In this document: positions 1 through 12,449 of the stretch, in pieces
Layout of the letters: every line of letters begins with the position of its first letter
How positions within the stretch are numbered: the stretch's first letter is position 1
Source of the DNA: Paramoeba atlantica
Lineage: Eukaryota; Protista; Discosea
Direction of reading: 5' to 3'
Assembly (NCBI GenBank): GCA_977017575.1
Contig: CDRNVI010000176.1
Location: 1-57,760, forward strand
DNA: 57,760 bases
The notes under the pieces: generated by a model
Databases searched by the model: none
Told to the model about the DNA's origin: nothing
What the model saw: the letters and a program-made list of their open reading frames with translations, nothing else
Program-made: the position numbers and the translations under genes

Positions 1-2
1 CA

Positions 3-1190
3 ATGGAACAAGTAATGAGCCCTAATGAGGAATGGGTCCCTGTTTTTAGAAAAGCACTCAAAAAAGGAGATTTTCATTCTCCTTTGATTACTTCTTCTTT
101 GCTTGGTTATAAAGCTGCTGCTAATCTTGATTTGTTTGTTTTTTTTTGTTTTTTTATTTTTTTATTTTTTTTATTTTTTTTTTTATTTTTTTTTTATTTT
201 TTTATTTTTATTTTTTTATTTTTTATTTTTTATTTTTTATTTTTTATTTTTTATTTTTTATTTTTTATTTTTTATTTTTTATTTTTTATTTTTTATTTTA
301 TTTTATTATTTTTTTTTATGATTTAATTTAATTTGTTATTTAATTTGTGATTCTTTTGTTTTTTATTATTCTGCTCATTGATTACTTGATTTTATTTATT
401 TATTTCTTTCTCGTCATTTTTTTCCAAAAATTCTTCCTTTTAAAAAATTCTATTTGAACAGAGTACCTGATTTGAGTTCAGATCGAAAGGAATTATGGAT
501 GGTTTGGTTAAAAAAATTGCAAGCTTCCAAAGAATCAATCACTTCTTTGACTCTTGCTATGTTGGATGCAGCTGAAAAGGTTTTTTTTTATTTTTTTTTA
601 TTTTTTTATTTTTTATTTTTTTATTTTTTTATTTTTTTATTTTTTATTTTTTTGTTTTTTATTTTTATTTTTGTTTCTTTTCTTGATGGGTTGTGATTGA
701 ATGATGTCTTTCTTCTTCTTTCTCTCTCTCTCTTTAAATTCCTCTCTTTTTCTCTTCTCACCCAATTTTTTGTCTCAAAAATCAGGAATTATTTGAAGGG
801 ATGGAATTTGGAGAGTTTAAAGGAGAAGTAATTATTTTTGAATGTGGAAATGGTGCAAATCCAACTTCTGTTGATATTGGTACACAAATTGTTAAAGATT
901 CTTTTCCTTCTGCTGATATTGTTGAGGTATTTTTCTTTTCTTTTTTTCTTTTCTTTTTTCTTTTTCTTTCTATCTTTATCTCTTTTTCTTCTCTTTCTCT
1001 CTTTCTTCTCTTTCTCTCTCCTTCAAAATTATTTTTTTATTTAATTATTCAATTTTAGATCAAAGGAGGGCCATTATCATTTGTTGTAAAAGGAGATCAA
1101 ATTGCCACGAAATATTCTTCTTTTCTTGCTGATAAATTTGGATCAAAGAAAAAACCAAGTGCAAGAAAAAGTCCTCTCAAAGAGTCTTGA
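3..1190 (+). CDS. Spliced gene, unknown protein (may be 5'-incomplete)
   Basis: Normal-composition peptide blocks (MEQVMSPNEEWVPVFRK..., VPDLSSDRKELWMVWLKKL..., ELFEGMEFGEFKGEVIIFECG..., IKGGPLSFVVKGDQ...SPLKES*) separated by T-rich GT..AG introns. No family recognised. Confidence 0.6.
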
Positions 1191-1409
1191 AGAAAAAAAG
1201 ATTGGATTGTTCTTTCTTCTCTTCTCTTTCTCTTTCCTCTTCTCTTTTTCTTTCTTTCTTCCCTTCTCTTTTTTTCTTCCCTTCTCTTCTCTCTTTTTTC
1301 TTCCCTTCCCTTCTCTCTTCTCTTTCTCTCTTTTTGAACAATATTTATTTTTTTTTGAGCTCAAAAAGGATTGCCTCTTTTTTTGGATAAATTAAATAAA
1401 CAATCAAAG

Positions 1410-1765
1410 TTATTTCAACGCAATTTTTGGCTCCATTCCGACAGCTCTTTTGGGAATTTTAATTGACATTTCACTGGAATTTCTGGGTTAAAATAATATC
1501 TATTTTTTTTTTATCTTTAAAAAAAATAATCAAAACCTGAGAGAGACTCCATTCTGACCAAAGCAATTTGATAAAGTCTTAAAAAAGAAAATTCAATTTT
1601 GTTTTTTCAAAAAAAAAAAAGAAAAAAGAAAAAAAAATCAGCACAAGAAAAAAAAAAGACCTGTTGTCATAATGATGATTTTGGGCAATTTTTTCCCAAA
1701 CGGTGTTATTATATTCTTTTCCCTGGAGATGGAATCAGAAAAGAGAAAAAGGAATGAGAGAAGAA

Positions 1766-1796
<31 letters not shown>

Positions 1797-3900
1797 TGTG
1801 TACATTTCTCGTTTTGTTCAATTCAGGAATTTCGATCCCGTTTCTACGAAAAGAAATCAGAAAAGAGAAAGATGAAGAAAGAAAGAGAAAAGAGAAAAGA
1901 GAAAAGAGAAAGAGAAAAGAAAAAGAACTTAAAAAAGTGAGGGAATAAAGAGGAAAGAAGAGACTCCATTCCCTCCAAATATTCGACAACCACCGACAAG
2001 GTCAAAAGATCCTAAAATGAAAGAGTGAAAAAGAGAAAAGAGAGAGGAGTAATGGGAGAGAAAGAGAGAAAAGAAAAGAGAAAAAGAGAGAGAAAGAGAA
2101 AAAGAGAGAGAAAGAGAAAAGAAGAGAGAAAGAGAAAGAGAGAGAGGAGAAAAGAGGAAAAGAAAGACAGAAAAAGAGAAAAAGAGAAAGAGAAAAGAGA
2201 GAGAAGAAAAAAAAGAGAGAGAAGAAAAAAAAGAGAGAGAAGAAAAAAAAGAGAGAAAGAGAAAAGAAGAGAGGAAGAGAGAAGAGAGAGAGAGAGAAGA
2301 AGAAGAAAAAAAAAGAGAGAGAGAAAAACTTTTTAAATTGCGTTCCGCTTGTACAAAAGAAGAAAAATCAGGAGGAGAAACACATTTTTCTCCATGTCCA
2401 CATAAATGTAATGTTTGATAATTTGGAATTGGACATCCTACTGGTATTTCTGGAGAAGAGAAGAAGAAGAAGAGAGAAGAAGTTTTTTTTATTTGTTTGG
2501 AAGAGAGAGAGGAAAGGGAGAAGAGGAGAGGAGAGGAGAGGAGAGGAGAGAAGGGAAGAGAAGAGATTAGAAGAAGAAAAAAATGGGAGAACGAGAACGG
2601 AAAGAGAAGAGAACCTTTCTGATTTTCTGGTAAAATACATTCTTCCAACGTTTTTCCTGTTTTTTAATCAATTAATTTTGAAAGAAAATTAAAAAATCCA
2701 AAGAAAGAGAAGAGAAAGAAGAGCAAGAAGAGAGAGAAGAGAGGAGAGAGAAGAGAGAGAAGAGAGGAGAGAGAAGAGAGAGAAAGTGGAGATAAAACCT
2801 TGTTGACTTCCAAAATTATTCTTTTCAATTGTTAAATAATGAGAAAAATATCGACTTGCAGGTTCTCTTAAAAGTGTGAACATCCTTGGCTGAAAAGAGT
2901 GTCACAAATTAAAATAGAGAAAGAAAATAGAAAGAGAAGTGTTGAAAGAAAAGAAATTAATTCATATTTTTTAAACAAAATGAAAGATAATTGATTCTTT
3001 AAATAATATTTAAAGAAGAATAAATCAAGAAATAATAAAAAAAATAAGAATAAAAAATAAATAAATTTAAAAAAAACCTGTGGCACAGAAAATTTCGCAA
3101 AATCCAAAAAGAAAGTATTTTGAGAGTGCAAATGAAAGGAAGAGTCTCTCTTTCTCTCTACAATACTTTTTATAATCTTCTCTTCTTCTTGTGAATTTAA
3201 AATATATTCCTTATTTGGTCCCATTGTGATTTCAACATTATTTTGTCTTACTCTGCAAACAACATATAAAAAAATAATAAATAAAAAATAAAAAATAAAA
3301 AAAAATAAAATAAAAAAAATCCCCCAGCTGCTTGTGCCAGAGAAAGAAAAAAAAACCATTTTTAAACACAAAAAATAAATAAAAAAATAAAAATAAATAA
3401 AAAAATAAAAATAAAATAATTACGAGAAAAACCAATTGCGAAGAGAAGAAGAGGCAGTTCTTCCAATAGCAAGATACATTAACGAGCTTGGTTCTGGTTT
3501 GATTCTACATTCTCTTCTTGTTTCTTTCTATTTTTTTTTATTTTATTTTTTAATAAGCTTGGTTCTGGTTAAAAATTTACTTTTCTATTTTTTTGATAAA
3601 AATCAAAATTTGTTCTCTTCTTTTTTCTATCTCTCTTCTTGTTGTTCTTTTTCTTTTTCTTTTTCTTCTTCTTCTCTTTCCCTCCCTTCTTCTCCCTTCT
3701 CTCTCTTCTCCCTCTCTCTTTCACAAAAATTACCTCATCTCCAAAATTTGCCAATTCCGCTTTCGCTCCAGGAATAACAGAACTTTGAAGTCGAAGAAGA
3801 TTTCTTTCTCTTTGTCGAATATTTCCAACAATTGTTGGATAATAGACACCAAATGTTGTTTGGGAAGAGGGAGTCACTTCTTTTTTGGGGGGTTCTTGGA
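1410..3900 (-). CDS. HS2ST/UST-like sulfotransferase (Sulfotransfer_2 family), copy A; start codon not found
   Basis: Exons read MYLAIGRTASSSLRNW (5'-PSB-like), FTLLREPASRYFSHY (3'-PB-like), CPIPNYQTLHLCGHGEKCVSPP and LSVVVEYLEGMESLLSSLFPHFF. The motif order matches heparan sulfate 2-O-sulfotransferase-type enzymes. Confidence 0.75.
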
Positions 3901-4007
3901 GCTGTGTATCTTTTATTTTACATTGTTCTGTTTTTTTTTTTTTAGTCTTTTGGTGAATTAAAAAAAGGTAATCTTTTATTATTTTTTTACTAATTTTTTT
4001 ATTGAAT

Positions 4008-7000
4008 TTAAGATTTTTTTCTAAATGATATAATACAATCTTCTGAAAGGTTCATTTTTAAAATCAAAATAACCTGCCAGTTCTTTCATCCTTTTCAAAG
4101 CAAGCTCATAAAGCCTAACAAGACAAATTTAAAAATGAAAAACATCATCAATTATAATAATAATAAATATTAACAATTCATAAAATAATAATAATATTAA
4201 AATAAAGCCAAAAAAAAAACCTATTATCATACATCTGATTTCGTTCAATTTTCTTCAATGTTGATGAATTATATTTCCTCTCTTCTTGTGGAAGACCGCT
4301 CCCCTTGAAGAAGAAGAAGAAAAAGAGAAAAATTAAAACAAAATCAAAACAAAATCAAAGAAAAATCAATAAAAATCAATAAAAAAGATTTTACTCTTTT
4401 TCTGGTTTTATTTAGTTCAAAAATCCGAATTGTCTCCCTTTTAAAAAAATCTTTAGAAATAAAAATTGATTTTTAAAAAACAAAAAAAAAAGAATTAACT
4501 GAAAAAAGTTTGGATATCTCGAGAAAAGAAGAGCTTCTGTTAGATTTAAATGTTCTATCACTCCAATCATGTCCAGTTCATCTGAATAACAATAAAGAAT
4601 ATGAGATCCAAAGAGAAGAGAAAAAAAAAGAAAAAGAAAGAAAAAAAAAAACAAAGATGTCGTTCTGCTTGTTTAAAAGAAGAAAAATCAGGAGGAGAAA
4701 CACATGGTTCTCCATGTCCACATAAATATAATGTTTGATAATTTGGAACAGGACATCCTATTGGTATTTCTGGAGAGAGGAAAGAGAGAAGAGAGAAGAA
4801 GAGAAGAGAATGAGAGAACAAAGATGAAGAGGAGAGAAGAAGAAGAGAGAAGAGAGAGAAGAAGAGAAGAGGGAGAAAGAAGAGGGAGGAAAAAAGAGGG
4901 AGAAAAAAGAGGGAAAATGAGAAGAGAGAGAGAGAAGAAAAAACTTTTTTGATTTTCCTCGAGGGCGCAACCTTCCAAACTTAGCCCTGGAAAAAGAGTT
5001 AAAATAATGTTCTTAAAAAATTGATTTTTCTCTTTTCTTTACAAATTATAAATATTTTTAATAATAAAAAGAATGAATATTATTATAATTTTTTTTCAAA
5101 ATTATTTTTTCTTAGTATTATTAAAACCCCAAAAAACAAACCTTGTTTCTCAAGACTCTTTCCAAACGGAGTTCGAAGAGATCTCCAATATTCATATTGA
5201 GAAATATAACGGTCTGTTGGATTTCTCATCATTGTAAACATACTTGGCTATCAACAATACAATTATTTTTTTGAAAATGAACCAAAAGAAAAAAAAAGAA
5301 AACAAGACAGTTTTGACCAAAAAAATTAAAGCAATAAAAATATAAAAATAAAAATTAATAAAAATAAAAATAAAAAATAAAACTAAATAAAGAAAAAACC
5401 TGGGGAAAAGAATGACGAGTAAAATTAGGAAAATAAGTATGTTGCCCACCACGCAAATGAAGAGGAGACTTGTTTCCATCATGTACAATCTTTTCTACCA
5501 ACTTTTGTTCTTGTTCAAAATTTAAAATATTTTCGAGAGATTCCCCACTTGACAGGAGAACTCGAGGATATTTTGCTCTGGTAACAATTTCTAAATAAAA
5601 GAAAGAGAAAGGGAGAGAGAGGTAATAATAAAAAAAGAAAAACTCGAATTTCAAAAAAAAAAACACAAAAGAAAAAACAAAAATGAAAAATTTACAAAAC
5701 ACTGGAATGAAGAGAACAGAAAAAGGTTTTTTTTGTGTTTTTAACCAAGAGGATGAAAAATAAGAAAGAAGTTTGTAAGTTTCATACAAACTCGAACAAC
5801 TATAGTTCAAGTAAACTTAATAGCAGCTGCTGCACCATCAAAACGACGGAGAAACATTTCTTCGTCAAAGGAAATATCAGGAGCTCTCAAAGAGAAGTTC
5901 AAAACTCTCCATACCACCCCTCAAAAAGCGAGCGACTGACGTATTGGAGAGTTTTGAACTTCTCTTTGAGAGCTCCTGATATTTCCTTTGGCTTCATGCA
6001 AAGGTTTACATATTGCTGAGAAATGTTTCTCCGTCAAAGGAAATATCAGGAGCTCTCAAAGAGAAGTTCAAAACTCTCCATACCACCCCTCAAAAAGTGA
6101 GCGACTGACTTTCCTTTCTTCGGAAAAATTCACTGATCACACTCCCCCCTCCTTTGGAAAAAAAGCCTGCAGAGGAGGATTCTTCAACAGGCCATTGTAT
6201 GTTTTCTTTCTCTCTTCTTTGTTTTCTCATCCAAGCTTGTCCTTTTTTTGCTCATTTTTTTTGAAGGGCAACAAATTGCAGATCGACTTGCAGAAGTTGG
6301 TGAAGAGGAAGAGGAAGATGATGAAGAAGATGATCTTCCAGCTAAACTTTTCCAAGAATTAGAAGCACATAATGTGATTCAGTTTGAGGCCTTTGTCCGT
6401 TCTGGGTTGATTCACACAAAAGCCTCAAACTGAATCAAGAATTTCTTGATTTATTTGACTCGACCTCCACATGCAAAAATTTCTGTTTTGCAACACCAAG
6501 CTGATGGAGTTCCAGTCGAATACACTTCCCACAAACTCCCATCTGCGTTATTCGAAGAAACTGAGCAAGCAACTGGATTGAGTGCAGTTGATGTAAGAGT
6601 TCCCCAAACAACAGTCTCAATTTTTATTGTCTTCTCCTGAGCCTTTGGATGAACATGCAATACCTGAAATATTACAATGGACAAAGAAAGATGACTGTCA
6701 ATTTCTGGTGGTTATTCTTAAATTGAGAAAAGAAGAATCTGAACAAGTTATTGTTCTTGACGAATAAAAAACACTTGTTTTCTGTTCTCTTTATTCCAGT
6801 GTTTTGTAAATTTTTCATAAACTAAAATAAAAAGAAAAAATAAAAGAAAAAATAAAAGAAAAAATAAAAGAAAAAATAAAAGAAAAAATAAAATAAAAAC
6901 AAAATAAAATAAAAAATAAAATAAAATAAAAAATAAAATAAAAATAAAATAAAAACAAAATAAAAACAAAAAATAAAAAAACCTAGAAAACCAAGAACGA

Positions 7001-7391
7001 AGAGTGGAGGAACCAGCCTTCCCAATTCGAAGATACATGATTGAATGGGGTTCTGGTTCCACCATACATTCTGTTCTTCTTTCTTCTTTCTATTTTTTTA
7101 TTTTTTTATTTTTTATTGTTCTTCTTTGTTTCTTGTCTTTTTGTTTGTTTTATTTGTTTATTTGTTTATTCTTTGTTGAGATTGTTTCTTGTTTCTTCTT
7201 TTTACTTTTTTCTTTCGTTCCCTCTCACTCTCTTTCTCTTTCTCTCTTTTTCTTCTCATCAAAAAGATTCTCAAAAAACTTACATTGAAATCAAGAGAGT
7301 TCACTTGAATCGATTCGAATTGCCAACATCGGAAAGAACAAAAGAACAAAAGAGACAAAACAACAAACTCTCTCCCAACACAAAACTCCAT
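4008..7391 (-). CDS. HS2ST/UST-like sulfotransferase, copy B, type II membrane N-terminus
   Basis: ATG at 7391 followed by hydrophobic FVVLSLLFFCSF. Exons YLRIGKAGSSTLRSW, MMRNPTDRYISQYEYW, CPVPNYQTLYLCGHGEPCVSPP, LDMIGVIEHLNLTEALLFSRYPNFF, ending EDCIISFRKKS*. Splice phases checked at intron 2 (5578-6982). Confidence 0.8.
5683..6818. mobile_element. ~1.14-kb non-autonomous element with ~41-bp terminal inverted repeats, in intron 2 of sulfotransferase B
   Basis: ATGAAAAATTTACAAAACACTGGAATGAAGAGAACAGAAAA at 5683-5723 matches the reverse complement of 6778-6818 with one mismatch. The interior is more GC-rich than the flanking intron and has no intact transposase. Confidence 0.7.
5866..6109. 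repeat. 46-bp unit arranged forward / inverted / forward
   Basis: CAAAGGAAATATCAGGAGCTCTCAAAGAGAAGTTCAAAACTCTCCA at 5866-5911, its exact reverse complement at 5945-5990, and a forward copy again at 6035-6080. The forward copies are parts of an ~83-bp direct repeat (5857-5940, 6026-6109). Confidence 0.9.
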
Positions 7392-7732
7392 CAACAAAAA
7401 AAAAGCAAAAAAGTGGTGCTAAATAAGAACTCTAAATAAATAGGGTTCTAAAATAGCCTTTCAGCTTTGTTCTTTTTTTGTGCAGTGGTCTCCCAGAAAG
7501 AGAAAAAAATCTTATTTGAACTTCTCTTCATTATTTCGAAAATATATCATTGATAAAACTTGGTTTCAACAAGAGTGGTGTTGGTCCAATTTGACTCCAA
7601 AAATGGCATTGGCAATTTGGTGTTGGCAAAGAATAAATTTTTTTTCCAAATTTATTTTAGGTCCAGTTTTGGGGGAAAGGGTTTTTTGTTTTTTGTTTTT
7701 TGTTTTTTGTTTTTTTGTTTTTGTGATTCAAG

Positions 7733-9464
7733 ATGGGGTGGCAAGTTTGTGGTTTCCTTCTTTTCCTTCTTGTGAATATTTGCTTTGCTCAACAACTCCC
7801 TCCTGAAACAATCAACGGTTTGTGGCCACTCTTTTTCAAATCTTATTGTTATCTTCTTCACAATTTGTCTTTTTCTCACAAAAACTCCTTTCCTTCCATC
7901 CCTCTTTTCATTAGCTCTTGAAGAATTGTACAATTCAACAGATGGACCAAATTGGTTTCAAAATGATAATTGGTTGAGCTCTTACTCTCCTTGTGACCCA
8001 TACAATGGTTGGTATGGAGTCTACTGTGCACAGTATTTTCAGGGCTTGTTTGTCTTTCTTTTGTTTGAGAGAGAGAAACAGAAAAACAGATCCTTTCTTT
8101 TCCTTTTCAAACTAAACAAAATCTTTTTGACAATCAGAACCGTGCAGGATAATGGTCTTAATGGAACTTTACCTTCATCTATTTTCACTGATATTTCAGA
8201 TATGGAACGATTGTATTTTACTTTATTTGATTTGAATTCTTTTTTCATTTTCAGTTCTTTTTTCTTGAAGACTCAATTCTCTCTCTTTTCATTTAGGTAT
8301 CTTTCTTACAATACACTTTCAGGAACATTACCTGATTCAATTGGATACACAACAGTTAAGAGCCAGATGTAATTTTTTTTCCTCTTTTTCATTATTGTTT
8401 TTTTCTTTTCTTAGATTATAATTATCAAACAAATAGATTATTAGATCATAACCAATTGATTGGAACCCTTCCTGATACTTTTGTTGTTCAGCAAGACACT
8501 GATGGTTTTGATGACTTCCCTGTTTTGTTTGTCTTTTTTTAAAATGAGATCCATTTTTTTCTTTTTTAAAATGGATTGATTGATTTTTGATCAAAGGTTT
8601 TTGTACAACAATCAACTGACCGGAACTATTCCTCCCTCATTTTCTGTTGTGAACGAGTATGCGGATTCCTATGATCTCGAGGACAATTATCTCTTTTGTC
8701 CTTTCCCAGAATACTGTGATGATAATTACTGTGGAGAATGCTACCAACCAATTGAACAAGTTGAAATTGATTCTTTGACAAGTTTTTACAAAGATACAAA
8801 TGGTCCACAATGGAAACAATCAACAAATTGGTTGAATGGAAATCCTTGTGATTATGATCCAAATTTACAATGGTTTGGTGTTGAGTGTGGATTTGAATGG
8901 AAACACCAACAACATATTGAATCTTTGAATTTGGCGAATAATGGACTTCAAGGACAAGTTGTCTTGGATTCTTTGAGTGGGTTGACTCAATTGGATCTCT
9001 CACAAAATGATTTTGATCCAAGTTCACTTCCTGATTTATCAGATTCTCCTCAACTTGTAAGTCATTCTTTTTTTTTTTGATTTTTGACTTGAGCTAAAAA
9101 CACAATATTTATTTTTTGATTTATTTCAAACAAAAAAGTAACTTTGGATCTTTCTCAAAATAATTTTACTGGAACAATTCCATCTTCTTTTGATCAGTTA
9201 TTGTTGTTGGAAACTCTTAATTTAAGTGGCAATTCGTTGAGTGGAGTTCTTCCAAGATCTGTTTGTGGGAGTTATTATCTCAACTTAACAGTTTTTTCTT
9301 TTTCTTTTTCTTTTTCTTTTTTGGATCATTTTTTTGTTATTAAAAGAAAAGAGAGGAATAATTTGTATTTTTTTCAACAGGGAAATGATTGGGCGTGTCC
9401 ATTACCACCATGTTGTGATCAAGCAACTCCACCAGGAAGTGAACCATGTGGATCTTGCTCTTGA
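7733..9464 (+). CDS. Secreted leucine-rich repeat protein, copy 1 (two N-cap + LRR modules)
   Basis: Signal-like MGWQVCGFLLFLLVNICFAQ; N-caps ALEELYNSTDGPNW..NWL..PC..WYGVYC and SLTSFYKDTNGPQW..NWL..NPC..WFGVEC; plant-type LRRs LDLSQNNFTGTIPSSF and LNLSGNSLSGVLP; Cys-rich end CPLPPCCDQ..CGSCS*. Confidence 0.85.
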
Positions 9465-10408
9465 ACTTCTTGAATTTTGTTCTCTTCATTTCGAATAAAA
9501 AGAAAAAGAGGGAAAAAAATCTTATTTGAACTTGAACTTCTCTTCATTATTTCAAAAATAAAAATCTTCGTTGATAAAACTTTGGTTTCAACAAGAGTGG
9601 TGTTGGTCCAAGTCGAAATTTGACTCCAAAAATGTTTGCAAGGGAACTTTCTTCTCTTTTACAAGCATATTGCTTTCCTCTTTCCTTTGTTTTTTCTGAA
9701 TAACACAAACAAGGAAAAATCACAAAAAAGGAGAAAATCACAACACTTCAGCACACTTCTCGCATGGAGAAAGAAAGAACCTTTCCCTTTCCCTTTCTCT
9801 TTCCCTTTTCCTTTTCCTTTCCTTTCGAGCACTCCAAGCTGCTAAAATGATTGCTGGGAAGGTTCTTTTTCTTCTCTCTTTTCTCTTTTCTCTTTTCTCT
9901 CTTCTCTTTTCACTTTTCTCTTTCTTTCTCTTTCCCTTTTCCTTTCTCTCTCCTCCCTTCTTCTCTCTCTTTTCCTTTCCCTTTTCTTTTCCCTTTTTTC
10001 CCCTTTCCTCTTTTCCTTTCCCTTCCCTTTTCCTTTCCCTTCCCTTTTCCTTTTTCTTTCCTTTCCCTTTTCTTTCGAATATCTTCCTTGAGCAAAAACT
10101 CTCCCCAAATAACTCGGCTCCTCCACTTGTTCTTCCAATTTCTCTTCTTCTTCTTCCTTCTTCTTCTTCCTTCTTCTTCTTCTTCTTCTTCTTTTTCTTC
10201 TTCTTTCATCGCTCAACTTTTTCCTTCGACAACAACCAGGAATCTCCCCCGCTTTCGCGTGACACGAAAAACACAAAGTATTTTTCCGCCTCTTTTTCAA
10301 AAAGTTTGCAAGAACTTTCTTCTCTTTTTCAAATTTTTTGGGGGAAAGCGTTTTTTGTTTTTTGATTTTTGTTTTTTGTTTTTTGTTTTTTTGTTTTTGT
10401 GATTCAAG

Positions 10409-12125
10409 ATGGGGTGGCAAGTTTGTGGCTTCCTTCTTTTCCTTCTTGTGAATATTTGCTTTGCTCAACAACTCCCTCCTGAAACAATCAACGGTTTGTG
10501 TCCACTACTCTTTTTCAAATCTTAGTGTTATCTTCTTCTCAATTTATCTTTTTCTCACAAAAACTCCTTTCCTTCCTTCACTAGCTCTTGAAGAATTGTA
10601 CAATTCAACAGATGGACCAAATTGGTTTCGAAATGATAATTGGTTGAGTTCTTACTCTCCTTGTGACCCATACTATGGTTGGTATGGAGTCGACTGTCTT
10701 CTTCATCAATTGGATGACTTGTTTGTCTTTCTTTTGTTTGAGAGAGAAACAGAAAAACAGATCCTTTCTTTTCTTTTTCAAACTAAAAAAATCATTTTGA
10801 CAGATCCCTGGAGGGTAATGGTCTTAATGGAACTTTACCTTCATCTATTTTCACTGATATTTCAGAGATGGAATACTTGTATTTTACTTTATTTGATTTG
10901 AATTCTTTTTTCATTTTCGGTCCTTTGTTGAAGACTCAATTCTCTCTCTTTTCATTTAGGTATCTTTCTTACAATACACTTTCAGGAACATTACCTGATT
11001 CAATTGGATACACAACAGTCACGCGTCAGATGTAATTTTTTTTCCTCTTTTTCATTATTGTTTTTTTCTTTTCTTAGATTATAATTATCAAATAAATAGA
11101 TTATTAGATCATAACCAATTGATTGGAACCCTTCCTGATACTTTTCAGCAAGACACAGAGGGTTTCTTCCCTAATTTGTTTGTCTTTTTTTAAAATGAGA
11201 TTCATTTTTTTCTTTTTTAAAATGGATTGATTGATTTTTGATCAAAGGTATTTGGACAACAATCAACTGACCGGAACTATTCCTCAATCTTTTTATATTG
11301 TATATTCAACTGCGGCTCGCTTTGATACCAGTGACAATTATTTTCTTTGTCCTTTCCCTTTTTATTGTGATTATTATGATCCTTATTATTATGACTGTGG
11401 AGAATGCTACCAACTGATTGAACAAGTTGAAGTTGATTCTTTGACAAGTTTTTACAAAGATACAAATGGTCCACAATGGAAACAATCAACAAATTGGTTG
11501 AATGGAAATCCTTGTGATTATGATCTAAATTTACAATGGTTTGGTGTTGAATGTGTATTTGATGAAAAGAAACACCAACAACAGATTGGATCTTTGAATT
11601 TGGCGAATAATGGACTTCAAGGACAAGTTATCTTGGATTCTTTGAGTGGATTGACTCAATTGGATCTCTCACAAAATGATTTTGATCCAAGTTCACTTCC
11701 TGATTTATCAGATTCTCCTCAACTTGTAAGTCATTCTTTTTTTTTTTGATTTTTGACTTGAGCTAAAAACACAATATTTATTTTTTTTATTTATTTCAAA
11801 CAAAAAGGTAACTTTGGATCTTTCTCAAAATAATTTTACTGGAACGATTCCATCTTCTCTTGATCAATTATTATCGTTGGAAACTCTTAATTTAAGTGTC
11901 AATTCATTGAGTGGAATTCTTCCAAGATCTGTTTGTGGAAGTTATTATCTCAACTTAACAGTTTTTTTCTTTTTCTTTTTCTTTTTCTTTTTTTTTTGTT
12001 ATTAAAAGAAAAGAGAGGAATAATTTGTATTTTTTCAACAGGGAAATGATTGGGCATGTCCATTACCACCATGTTGTGATCAAGCAACTCCACCAGGAAA
12101 TGAACCATGTGGATCTTGCTCTTGA
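10409..12125 (+). CDS. Secreted leucine-rich repeat protein, copy 2 (tandem paralogue)
   Basis: Same exon/intron layout as 7733-9464 with near-identical sequence, including the introns. Confidence 0.85.
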
Positions 12126-12449
12126 ATTTTAAATAAAGAATAGTCAAGTTTGATCAGTTTTACTCTTGAGACCAATTCTCGAGTGGAATTGAGAAAGCTT
12201 GAGAATTATTGTTGTATGAAACTCTCAATTAAATTTTTCCTGTTTGTATGAAGAGTCTCTTTTTTTTTTTTTTTTCATTGCTACCGTGTGATGTTGTCAA
12301 ACTCCCAACCAACAGGGCGGGTCTTCAATGCACAAAAGAAAAAAGCAAGAGAAAAAAATATCCTTGACCTCCCAGGAGTTAATTTTTTCTCTTTTACCTT
12401 TTATCTTCTATTGACAAGAGCTCTGAGTTGAGATCCAATTCACAATTTT

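Noticed and set aside
3880-4060. Possible in-frame fusion of sulfotransferases B and A
   Set aside because: B's last exon hits TAA at ~4008, and the splice phases (1 vs 0) do not allow direct joining as read.
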